64,000 bases of DNA from positions 6,176,001 through 6,240,000 of the forward strand of contig OZ245046.1 of NCBI GenBank assembly GCA_965224245.1, in the 5' to 3' direction. The position numbers were made by a program, and so were the translations under genes. Below are positions 20,801 to 29,251 of this stretch, piece by piece. The stretch is from Candidatus Eiseniibacteriota bacterium. GTDB lineage: Bacteria; Eisenbacteria; RBG-16-71-46; CAZAMP01. Under the pieces are notes generated by a model, which saw only the letters and a list, made by a program, of their open reading frames with translations, was not told where the DNA came from and ran no database searches. Numbering within the stretch: position 1 is the first letter of the stretch; the number at the start of each line of letters is the position of its first letter.

Positions 20801-23063
20801 CATTCTTCCTGTCGGCGAGGCGCCGGGGGCGTTGGTTCAGCTTCGCTTTCGGGCGGACGAGCCACTCGGTAGGCTGCCCGAGGTTTCCGTCTACCACGGG
20901 GGGGGAGGCGGACCGCTGGTGGTGACGCAGATGCCCGCGGGTTTCTTCGTGGCCGAGGCTGAGGTAGACATCTCCGATTCTGCGTTTGACGGTAGCGGTC
21001 TCTTCGAAGTCACGCTCGAGGATACCCTCCTGAACTCGACGACGTTCATCGCTCCCTTTCAGATCGATGAGACGCGTGCCGCCGAGCACGTCGACGTCTA
21101 CCAGGAGGCCGCCGAATTCAACATCTCGAGTTCGGACATCACCAGCGATCAGCTGTACGCCACCATCTCCTCCAACGCCGTTCCTTACCGGACCCCAGAG
21201 CCACCGGGAGTCCCAGTCACCGACATGTTCAGCATCGGACTTCGCGACGACGATACATGGCCATCGTTCGGCAGCGTGAGCATTGCGTACGACGACTCCC
21301 TTCTCAGAGGACTCGACGAGACGTCGTTGGTGATGGGTCGCTTCGACCGCGCGATCGAAGAGTGGGTGGTGGTGGATAGCAGTCGCGTGATACCAGAGGC
21401 GAACCAGGTCACAGGTCTGGTGAGCGAGCGGGGTGTCTTCTGCGTCTTCGCCGGTGCCAGCTCGGTCGATGAGACCTTGCCCGGGCGCGTGGACGACCTG
21501 GGCAGTGTGCCCGTGGACGGCGTCGGAGAGGTCGAGCTCCTCTGGACGGCACCGGGCGATGACGGCCCGGGTAGTGAGGAGCCGGTGCAAGAGTACATCG
21601 TCGGGTATGCATCTGAACCGTTCTCTGAGGATGACTGGCACACGGTACGGAAGATCCGTGTGGGCATCAGCCCCGGTGTACCGGGATCCGACCAATGGTC
21701 CATCATCCGTCTTCCCGTCCCGAGAAACCTCTACTACCTCGGGCTCCGATCGAAGGACGAGGCAAGTAACCTCTCGCCGCTCTCGAACATCACCTATGTG
21801 GTGGCCGGCATGGCTGATCCCAATTTGGTGCCGGCTCCGCCGACCGACCTGCATGCGGTCGACCAGCCGGACGACGAGGGCGGCGCCGTGCGGCTCGGCT
21901 GGCAACGCTCGTACGACGACGGGGGAGGTAAAGGCAGCGTCGTGGCCTATGTGTTGTATCGCAGCAATCCACCATCGGTACTTCCAGAATCGCTGGCGGT
22001 GGTCCCGGATGGCACGACGACCTACGTGGATGCGACGGTTCAGAACGACTCCATCTACCTGTACTGGGTGGCCGCATCCGATGGCACGGTCGAGACCATG
22101 ACCGGCGAAAACCGCGCCCTGTCGGCCTGGAACACCGGGATGCCGCTTGCCGACTTCACCTCTGATGGGAAGGTTGGCATCAACGATCTCGGTCATCTCG
22201 CCGACACCTACGGAATCCTCGCCACCGATCCGGAGTTCGATCCTCTCTTCGATCTCGATGCGGACGGCCAGATCTGGGCGGGGGATGCCGCGATTCTCGA
22301 GGAGCTCTTCTTCCAGGGCGGCCTGCCGGTCACCGACCCGGTCGGTCAGAACGACGAGGCCATGGTATTCGTGCGGTATGTTGCCGACGAGGGAGATCTT
22401 TGGCATCTGGACCTCTCGGTCACGGATGTCTCGAACCTGGCAGGCTTCCAGGCCGGGGTGGAGTACCCATCCGCGGAGGCTACGTTCATCGGCGCTACGG
22501 GAGAGGTCGTGCAGGGCGAGTCGCCTCTCCTCAATCGGAACGGAGGCGCGACGCCGATCTTCGTCGTCCAGGATTCCGATCCGGATCGAGTGCGGGTCGC
22601 GACTGCGATACAGGACGCCTCGGAAGGTCTCGCTCCCGAGGGGGCGGGGTATCTTTGCCGCCTGAGTTTCTGGGGTCCCGGGATGGAAGCCACGAGCGTG
22701 CTCGCGGTCAGTCTCATGGATCACGAAAAGCGGATCAACACCCACACCGAGATCCTGCTGGCCACACTGCACGCGGCCACGGTGCTGCGCCCGCACCTCT
22801 ATCGCAGCTACCCGAACCCGTGCCGGACCAGCGCGGCGATCTCCTTCGAGATTCCAGATCGGACCCGGGTAACACTTCGCATTTTCGACCTGACCGGACG
22901 CCTGGTACGGACACTCATCGACGGTGTGTACGACGCCGGTGTGCACGGAGCACTCTGGGATGGTCAGACCGACTCCGGCGTCGACGTGTCGAGCGGCATG
23001 TATTTCTACCGGATGAAGGCGGATGCCTACACGAGTGCTCGCAAGCTACTGGTCTTGCGATGA
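17844..23063 (+). CDS. Large secreted multidomain protein: InhA/MAM-like jelly roll, FN3s, CLCA-like zincin, dockerin-like, cohesin-like, FlgD-Ig CTD
   Basis: HYFDIEYGYDGGNV; FN3 signatures; ASDYLFDVTDGQ...HEIGHYVFDFKDEY; DFTSDGKVGINDL...DLDADGQI; YPNP...WDGQTDSG..VSSGMYFYRM. Exact start is uncertain. Confidence 0.85.
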   Translation: MDRVTPPLPGGLRTAAPLRSTLRRVRHPRRVATSSVLLIAFIGIPVFAANGKPRLEPAPTEARVPCQLSYASIYWHFPSHHQGFTTDVCDDGGGAAWEYGTPAGIPDAPGRVWGTSLTGNYPNDAGHRLRSPTFHVDEAHRFMELHHYFDIEYGYDGGNVLVWPDNAILDPVGGYTLPVISVDPTDHAWCVDGEPGWTGSSGGWRVDCFDLWDYIGTDVALEFDFGSDADVTAAGWYLELIIVGGVYDEAVCCNPSTGQCTITSQGDCLASGGEWHPELTSCDPNPCGPPSPPANLVALTQGPDRIRLEWEYEPGGAEEFVIERKDGPGEPWETVHVASGDLTAWEDTGVSMGPTYYYRVRAGGTAGDSELSNFASGSCGVVPAAPSDFVTFPVAGALAMRLEWTDHATNEMGFVVERKDGEFGTWQPLFPSPSYPVAPPTDATLYTDQSVDWETSYVYRIAAYNAYGRSTWAESPLTWMTIDPGAFSSTVVVRRGTQTIEGAELMVRPGASGTWQSAGFTDANGSLVVSGLHVGYFLRAATMKQILWDCREYNEGGGGSLGVYLWRDSDWRDVQAIYHPVKVEGEEVSYTLELDHPVFRFDLTFSTEFDIPTPPQWGTDYWDSLTVGCQRASDYLFDVTDGQAALRKVVLMDNKTWWSDAHVQVHNYRSTASARTDNYYDCDSWSPEEHIHVDSSKPEDADWWTTLIHEIGHYVFDFKDEYQNGFGAIVMGYMNEYYPDLHPRNHGVMQWETTEAEFSSRNDYPPNYDYGCGGVWWCEKWFETEQLYERGQSCWDQLESKLEGLTYDVDIVKPDQGWYVNGAPTSSDRAGPVREDFTMEVYQQDAGNRIAPLIEVEIIDSGPGSYMSDLVIEAGNGPAGGADVYRLSNDQWTYLGRTNWRGQLAARGLQPGDDIRVFYRERDGVRSSTRTLSGSVPRSVTVQVSPAARAAESSSPGRDGSASARGQESSASSREQDSSAPGATVSILPVGEAPGALVQLRFRADEPLGRLPEVSVYHGGGGGPLVVTQMPAGFFVAEAEVDISDSAFDGSGLFEVTLEDTLLNSTTFIAPFQIDETRAAEHVDVYQEAAEFNISSSDITSDQLYATISSNAVPYRTPEPPGVPVTDMFSIGLRDDDTWPSFGSVSIAYDDSLLRGLDETSLVMGRFDRAIEEWVVVDSSRVIPEANQVTGLVSERGVFCVFAGASSVDETLPGRVDDLGSVPVDGVGEVELLWTAPGDDGPGSEEPVQEYIVGYASEPFSEDDWHTVRKIRVGISPGVPGSDQWSIIRLPVPRNLYYLGLRSKDEASNLSPLSNITYVVAGMADPNLVPAPPTDLHAVDQPDDEGGAVRLGWQRSYDDGGGKGSVVAYVLYRSNPPSVLPESLAVVPDGTTTYVDATVQNDSIYLYWVAASDGTVETMTGENRALSAWNTGMPLADFTSDGKVGINDLGHLADTYGILATDPEFDPLFDLDADGQIWAGDAAILEELFFQGGLPVTDPVGQNDEAMVFVRYVADEGDLWHLDLSVTDVSNLAGFQAGVEYPSAEATFIGATGEVVQGESPLLNRNGGATPIFVVQDSDPDRVRVATAIQDASEGLAPEGAGYLCRLSFWGPGMEATSVLAVSLMDHEKRINTHTEILLATLHAATVLRPHLYRSYPNPCRTSAAISFEIPDRTRVTLRIFDLTGRLVRTLIDGVYDAGVHGALWDGQTDSGVDVSSGMYFYRMKADAYTSARKLLVLR

Positions 23064-23086
23064 AGCCCGCAATCGGTTCCCGAGAC

Positions 23087-24118
23087 TGATCGGCGTCAGA
23101 GCTGATGGGACACGATCAAGCATGATCGCAATGGTCACTTCTGGGATGTATTCTCTGAATCGTCATCCAAGGAGCGGACCTGATGTCGAAGAAGACTGGT
23201 CCGGAGTCAGCGGTTCGTGAGATCCGCCGCAAGACCCGCCGTAAGTTCTCATCGGAAGAGAAGATCCGGATCGTTCTGGAGGGTCCCCTGGTGAGGAGAC
23301 GATCGCGGAGCTTTGCCGGCGTGAAGGGATCAGCCCGAACCTCTACTACAACTGGAGCAAGAAGTTCCTGGAGGCCGGGAAGCGTCGTTTGCAGGGGAAC
23401 ACGAAGCGAGAGTCGACGAGATCGGAAGTGATCGCGCTTCGTCAGGAGAACCGGCAACTCGAGGTGGTGCTCGATCACCCGGATCTCTCGCCCCGGGAGC
23501 TCGCCTGGCGGCTCACGGACGTCGATGGGACGTACATCTCGGAATCGAGCGTGTATCGCATCCTGAAGGCCCAGGACCTGGTGACGAGCCCGTCGTTCAT
23601 GGTACTCACGGCGCACGAGACGCTCCCGAACCCCACCCGACGCGTGCACGAGCTGTGGCAGACGGACTTCACCTACCTCCGGGTGACGGCCTGGGGCTGG
23701 TAATACCTAGCCACGGTGCTCGACGACTACAGCCGGTTCATCATCGCCTGGTTGCTCTGTCAGAGGATGGCGGCCGAAGACGTGGAGAAGTGCTGGAGCA
23801 GGCCATCGCCCGCACCGGAGTCACCCGGCCTCACGTGCGACCGCGGCCTCGGCACCTCACCGACAACGGTCCGTGCTACGTCTCGGGACAACTCCGGGAG
23901 TACCTCCAGGAGCGGGAGATCCCGCACACCCGGGGGCGACCGTACCACCCGATGACGCAAGGCGAGATCGAGCGGTACCACCGCACGATGTAGAACGTGG
24001 TGAAGCTCCGCAACTCGTCCGAGGAGATCGGTCGGTTCGTCGGGCACTACAACCACGAGCGCGTGCACGAGGCGCTCGACAACCTCACGCCAGCCGACGT
24101 GTACGAGGGTCGAGGGCT
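23087..24118 (+). pseudogene. Decayed copy of the IS3-family element at 10351-11873
   Basis: Left TIR TGATCGGCGTCAGAGCTGATGGGACAC; orfA RQENRQL fused by deletion to orfB EVVLDHPDLS; stops at 23701 and 23991; frameshifts; right end lost. Confidence 0.9.
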
Positions 24119-24145
24119 GACGAACGGACCCACTTCGCCGAACCA

Positions 24146-24169
24146 CGACCGAGTTGTCGGACACCAACG
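24146..24169 (+). mobile_element. F1 right-end remnant abutting the CBS-gene stop codon
   Basis: cgaccgagttgtcggacaccaacg resembles cgttcgagtttttggacagcacg (5192-5214). Confidence 0.5.
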
Positions 24170-24580
24170 CTAGATATCCAAGGCCAGTCCTCTCAGCACG
24201 AGCTCATCGTAGGCCACCACGCCTTTGATCTTCCCTGCAGCGTCGATGACGGGAGCGGTGGAGATGCCGAAGCTGTGGAACAGCCGCGCGCAGTACCGGA
24301 TGTGCATGTCCGGGTGCACGGAGAGCACCGGCTTGGCCATGATCTCGTACACGTTGCACCGGTCGGGTGCCCGGCTCTCGGCCAGTACGCGCTTGGCAAT
24401 GTCGGCGACCAGCACGATCCCGAACTCGTCGTCGGGGGTCCGCTTGTCGACGATGAGGAAGTTCACTTCGCGATCGCGCATGAGTCGCAACGCCTCGGCC
24501 ACGGTGGCGATACCCTGGACCAGCGCGTAGTTCTGAGTCATGACGTCGGACACCCGGACGAATTGGCGACTCTCGTTCAT
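24170..24580 (-). CDS. CBS-pair domain protein
   Basis: VRVSDVMT...TVAEALRLM...FGIVLVADI...VYEIMAKPVLSVHPDM...GVVAYDELV; RBS GAGGAGGAAG; overlaps the PII stop. Confidence 0.9.
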   Translation of the reverse strand: MNESRQFVRVSDVMTQNYALVQGIATVAEALRLMRDREVNFLIVDKRTPDDEFGIVLVADIAKRVLAESRAPDRCNVYEIMAKPVLSVHPDMHIRYCARLFHSFGISTAPVIDAAGKIKGVVAYDELVLRGLALDI

Positions 24581-24930
24581 AGCTCTTCCTCCTCGAGCGT
24601 CGGCGCGATGCTCTTCACCTGGTGTGTGACTCCGACGGCGTCCTCCACGTCGATCTGGAACGCGATGCCCGTCCCCGAGGTGGAGTCGAACCCTCCAGCC
24701 TCCGAGATCGTTTCCAAGACTCGCCGTGCCCGATGCTCTTCGACCAGAAGCATCACCACGTCGCGCTGCGTGTCCAGTGTCAAACCCAGAAACGTCTTCT
24801 TCTCCTCCAGCCCCTCTCCGCGCGCGTTGTTGATCACCGTGCATCCGGTGGCCCCGGTGTCCCGCGCGGTCTTGATGATGTCCCCCGTCTTGCCGTCCTC
24901 GACGAACGCGATGATCAGCTTGAATCTCAT
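24577..24930 (-). CDS. P-II family (PII-like) regulatory protein
   Basis: MRFKLIIAFV...GATGCTVINNARGEG...GTGIAFQIDVEDAVG; AAGGAG RBS. Confidence 0.9.
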   Translation of the reverse strand: MRFKLIIAFVEDGKTGDIIKTARDTGATGCTVINNARGEGLEEKKTFLGLTLDTQRDVVMLLVEEHRARRVLETISEAGGFDSTSGTGIAFQIDVEDAVGVTHQVKSIAPTLEEEEL

Positions 24931-24946
24931 GGATCGACTCCTTGCA

Positions 24947-25735
24947 CTAGACCACGATCCGCTCCGCCTCGGGAGCACGCGACCGTCGTCGCCGGGCTCG
25001 CCACTCCGAGCCCTGGGCGTACGTCATGACCGAAAGCACGGGAAAGAGACTCGCGAACGCGATCAGCCCGAACCCGTCGACGAGTGGGGTTCGGCCCGGA
25101 ACGTTCTCCGCCAGCCCCAGACCCAGCGCGGCCACAAGTGGCACCGTGACCGTGGAGGTGGTCACACCGCCCGAATCATAGGCCAGGGGCACGATGAGCC
25201 GGGGGGCGACCAGCGTCTGCACCACCACGACCACGTAGCCGGCGACGATGAACCAGTGGATGGGGGCGCCCACGATGATGCGGAATACTCCGACCGTGAT
25301 CCCAACGGCAACCCCGGTTGCGACCGCAATGCGAAGTCCCCAGGCTCCAATCGCACCTCCCGAGAGCGCGTTGGCTTTTCCGGCTACCGCGATCAGGGCT
25401 GGCTCCGCAATGGTGGTGCTGAATCCGATGGCGAGGGCGAACGCGTACACCCACGTGTAATCGCGCCAGTCCACGCTCGTTGCGGTGCCGGAGACACCGA
25501 TGAACTCCGGAGCAGTGAACTGAGCGGCCATGGAGCGACCGATGGGAAACAGCGCCTGGTCGAGCCCGATCAAGAACAACGTGAGGCCCAACAACACGTA
25601 CGCGAACCCAACCACGATCCTCCGCGGGTTCGGCAAGCGCCGGCGAAGCACCGCGAACTGGAATGCCACGAGGATGATCGCGATGGGGAGGGTGTCACGC
25701 ACCGTCTCCCCAAGCACCGACGCGAGGGCGGCCAT
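24947..25735 (-). CDS. DUF1538 family membrane protein
   Basis: Multiple TM segments; [28 protein letters not shown] and [11 protein letters not shown] signatures. Confidence 0.9.
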   Translation of the reverse strand: MAALASVLGETVRDTLPIAIILVAFQFAVLRRRLPNPRRIVVGFAYVLLGLTLFLIGLDQALFPIGRSMAAQFTAPEFIGVSGTATSVDWRDYTWVYAFALAIGFSTTIAEPALIAVAGKANALSGGAIGAWGLRIAVATGVAVGITVGVFRIIVGAPIHWFIVAGYVVVVVQTLVAPRLIVPLAYDSGGVTTSTVTVPLVAALGLGLAENVPGRTPLVDGFGLIAFASLFPVLSVMTYAQGSEWRARRRRSRAPEAERIVV

Positions 25736-26448
25736 CAGACCAGGATCCCGTACAGCATGACGAAGATCATGGGAACGAGCGACGCGAACGCGATGAGACC
25801 GAACCCATCCACCATCGGATTGCGCCCCTTGATCGAAGAGGCGAGACCCACTCCCAGCGCCGTGACCAGGGGAACGGTAATGGTCGAGGTGGTCACGCCG
25901 CCCGAGTCATAGGCGATGCCGATGATCTCCTTCGGAGCAAACAAGGTCATGGTGACCACGAGCACGTAGCCTCCTGCAATCATCATGTGAAGTGGCCATC
26001 CCCGGAGGATCCGCCAGACCCCGATCAGAATGGCCATCCCGACCGATAGCGAAACCGTGAGGCGCAGCCCCAGCGCGTACGCTCGCCTCGCGTCTCCTGT
26101 GTTCTCGACCACCCCCGCATCCGCTGCAATCTCCGAGGCCTCTTCACAGATCGCGATCAGGGTAGGTTCGGCCACCGTGGTGCCGAAGCCGAGGGCGAAC
26201 GAGAATACCAGGAGCCACAGCAGAGATCCCTTGCGGACGAAGGCGTGGGCCATGCTCTCGCCCAGGGGAAAGAGGGCGAGGTCTAGACCGCGGACGAAGA
26301 AAGCGAGCCCGAGGATCACGAGGCCGAGGCCGATCAGGGCTCCGGTCAGATTCGGAAACGGCTGGCGCAGGACTACGAGCTGAAAGAAGGCAACGACCAG
26401 CACGATGGGCAGGAGATCACGCCCGCTACTGACCACATAGCGCCGCAT
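25735..26448 (-). CDS. DUF1538 family membrane protein
   Basis: [39 protein letters not shown]; paralogue of the downstream gene. Confidence 0.9.
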   Translation of the reverse strand: MRRYVVSSGRDLLPIVLVVAFFQLVVLRQPFPNLTGALIGLGLVILGLAFFVRGLDLALFPLGESMAHAFVRKGSLLWLLVFSFALGFGTTVAEPTLIAICEEASEIAADAGVVENTGDARRAYALGLRLTVSLSVGMAILIGVWRILRGWPLHMMIAGGYVLVVTMTLFAPKEIIGIAYDSGGVTTSTITVPLVTALGVGLASSIKGRNPMVDGFGLIAFASLVPMIFVMLYGILV

Positions 26449-26580
26449 CGCCTGAAGCCAGTTCCGGAGCGCGCGCAGCGGATCCTCCTCGTCGCTGCCT
26501 CGAAGCGAAGCTCCGCGTGCGGCAGTGAGCTCGATCGAGCTGCAGGTGCCGCTGCGGCATGATCTACCGGGCTTTGACCG

Positions 26581-26723
26581 CGTAGTGTCCGAAGCCTCGA
26601 CGGTCTTGGCCAGATAGTAGCTTACGAGCCCCGGCTAGACTCGTCGAATGAGCCGTCCATTCCAGCTCCCTCTGGCGATGTTGTTGGTCTGGATCGGACA
26701 CCGGCAGGCATCGGTGATCGTGT
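26581..26723 (+). mobile_element. F1 left-end remnant, interrupted by an F2 element
   Basis: CGTAGTGTCCGAAGCCTCG...CTTACGAGCCCCGGCTAGACTCGTCGAATG matches 5052, 49948, 55350 and 58643. Confidence 0.85.
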
Positions 26724-27335
26724 TGTCCATGCCGAAAACCAACCGCGCACCACACCGAGCCTCCATCACGCCTTGGCGCCCGTGATCCGAGACCCGATTG
26801 ACCGCCCAGAGAAGCACGGCGCTTCCGGATTCTCGCATGAATGCCACGAGGGGAGAAGCCAGGACGTACCTCCTCTGGCGCTCCAGGATCTCCGAACGGC
26901 GCTGAGACCCTACGCCGCTCGCTCGTAGTGATGGTGTAGGCCGCCGAGATGGGGCACTGCGCGAACGGAGCCATCCAGTTAGACGTCAGGACGATCGGGA
27001 GCATCCATCTCCAGCGACTGGTGCGTCCGATACCCGTGGTAGTGGCGAAGGTACTCGCCGAGGGCCTGCTTGAGATGCCGCTCGCTCAGCACGGTCACAT
27101 GGTCGAGGCACTCCCGCCGGATCGTCCCGGTCAACCGCTCCACGTACGGGTTCTGCCACGGCATGCCGCGTCCCGATAGAAGCTCCTGAATTCCGAGCAC
27201 GTCCACCTGCCGTCGGCACGCCTGGCCGTAGATGCTGTCGTGGTCACGTAGCAGGTACTTCGGTGCGTTGCGCCAGGCGAACGCTTCCAGCAGTTGGCGA
27301 GCGGTCCACTCGGCCGTCGGGTTCGTCGTGACGGG
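26724..27335 (-). pseudogene. F2 element right end with C-terminal rve-integrase fragment
   Basis: VTTNPTAEWTARQLLEAF...YLLRDHDSIYG...PWQNPYVERLTGTIRRECLDH...RTHQSL, then frameshifted HLGGLHHHYERAA and the right TIR. Confidence 0.88.
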
Positions 27336-27523
27336 AGGAAGGCGGTCCAGGTCGGAGAAGCCGACCCGAGAGATCAAGCCATGGGGATCTCAGCGCGTCG
27401 TGACCGAGGGGAACGACACCGCAGTCACGTGGGTCGCGGGTGATGTCGACGCATCGGGTGTTGCCCTGTTACACTCTCCAAGAGTGTCTGCCCCTCCCCT
27501 GGTCGAGACCCCAGGGAGGCTCC

Positions 27524-28837
27524 ATGTTCCGCTCTCGATTGCTCGCACCGATTTCGCTCCTGGTCGTCCCGCTGGGCGCCGTCGCTCAGACGCCTGAATA
27601 TCTCGGACTGGCCGGCCATGACCTCACGTCCCTCGACATCCATGACCACGTGATCGCGGTGAGCACCGATGGCTTCGGCGTCTTCACCCAGCTCATCGAA
27701 CAGCTTCCCGGAACGTGGATCAACCTCGGTCTCGACAGCCTCGACGCGAAGTGCGCGTTCGTCCATCCCGGATCGACGGCGGAGTGGGCCATCACGGCAG
27801 GTGTCCGTCGCGTAGGGTCGCCCGCGGACCCGATCCTCTTCCGGAGCGAGGGAGGCGCCCCCTTCGTGCCGGAATCCGACGGGTTGGTCGGGCTGGCCGC
27901 CGGCATCTACGCCGTGGACGCGTTCCTCGACACCGGGGAGTTCTTCGCGGTCGGGGGCAACTACTTCTTCCGGCGTCCGGGCGGGGCCACCGAGTGGACG
28001 ATCGCCCACGATCTCCTGGCCGAAGGCGACGCCCGGTCGCTCGAGGTCCGCGACGCGTATCCCGACCTCGTCTACGGCGGGGGCGGTGCCGGCGGCTCGG
28101 GCCACTACCTCGCACGCTCGTCGGACGGTGGTGACACGTGGACCTCGCTGCCCCTCTTCGGTCACGCGCACGACATCGCGGCCACCGGGTCGGACGGGCG
28201 GACGATCTTCGTGGCGGCGACCAGTAGCTTCGACGGGATCCGTCGCTCGTACGATGGGGGCGACAGCTTCCAGACGGTGCTCGAGCCCATCGACCAACGC
28301 TTCCTCACCGTGGAGATCGACGAGGCTCGCGGGCGCGTCTACGCGGCCGGTGTCTCCACCGTCGGTGACGTGGTGCCGCTATTCGTGAGCCACGACTGGG
28401 GCGAGAGCTGGCATCGGATCGACTGGAACATCACCGGTTCACTCTTCGAACTCGCGCTCGACCCCGATGGCAATCTGTACGTGGCCCACCGCCAGGAGGG
28501 AGTCTTCCGCTTCGATCCCGACCAGCTCATCTCCGTGGACGCAACCACGCCGGACGCGGAGCTCGGTTTGACCGCGGATCGCAACCCGTTCCACCGAACG
28601 GTCTCGTTCACGCTCCGACTTCCGGATGCGACCCAAGGGACGGTGACGATTCACGACGTTGCCGGACGCACCCTCCGCACGCTCGTGGACGGCTCCCTCG
28701 ACGCACGAACCACGCTGACCTGGGACGGCCGCGACGGTCGCGGAATGGCGGTGGCTCCGGGGGTCTACTTCGTTCGGGCCAGCGCCGGCGCGCAGCACCT
28801 CGTCCGGCACATGGTGCGAACCGCGCCATCGCGGTAG
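27524..28837 (+). CDS. Secreted BNR-repeat beta-propeller protein with FlgD-Ig CTD
   Basis: GGAGG RBS; signal peptide; SSDGGDTW, SYDGGDSF, SHDWGESW; RNPF...WDGRDGRG..VAPGVYFVR. Confidence 0.88.
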   Translation: MFRSRLLAPISLLVVPLGAVAQTPEYLGLAGHDLTSLDIHDHVIAVSTDGFGVFTQLIEQLPGTWINLGLDSLDAKCAFVHPGSTAEWAITAGVRRVGSPADPILFRSEGGAPFVPESDGLVGLAAGIYAVDAFLDTGEFFAVGGNYFFRRPGGATEWTIAHDLLAEGDARSLEVRDAYPDLVYGGGGAGGSGHYLARSSDGGDTWTSLPLFGHAHDIAATGSDGRTIFVAATSSFDGIRRSYDGGDSFQTVLEPIDQRFLTVEIDEARGRVYAAGVSTVGDVVPLFVSHDWGESWHRIDWNITGSLFELALDPDGNLYVAHRQEGVFRFDPDQLISVDATTPDAELGLTADRNPFHRTVSFTLRLPDATQGTVTIHDVAGRTLRTLVDGSLDARTTLTWDGRDGRGMAVAPGVYFVRASAGAQHLVRHMVRTAPSR

Positions 28838-28900
28838 GTCCTGCGGTACACGACGGCTCACCACCGGGGTCCATTCATCCGACGACCGTCACGTGCCGCC

Positions 28901-28964
28901 TTGGATCGTCCCACGTGGTGTGTCGTGCTCCGACACGGAAGAGACTATACGGCTGCAAGTTAGC
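28901..28964. repeat. Intergenic ~64-bp repeat, copy 2
   Basis: 38 of the first 39 bp are identical to 9903-9941. Confidence 0.8.
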
Positions 28965-29251
28965 TCCCCCGCGGGCGTCCGTGCCCCGCGATCCGCAGAG
29001 ACGTGCGGGGTGGTGAGGGGATCGGGGCGGTTCTGTCGCTACCAGGGATGAAGGGATGCCTTCGTCGCCGATCGCGGCTGACCGCGGCGGGGCCTGGCAC
29101 GGGTCCTTCGGCGCGACAGTCTGGCGCGGTTGGCAGCCGACGAACAGTCGAGCGCGAGGAGCCCGCGACAGCGCACCGATTGCTGCTTTCGGGGGCGGCC
29201 TGGCTTGACGACAGGGAAGCCCCCGGCTTTCGAAGTGAGGAGTCCGGTGTC

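Noticed and set aside
24577-24930. Calling the PII protein glnB/glnK
   Set aside because: Lacks the canonical T-loop uridylylation motif and amtB linkage; PII-like only.
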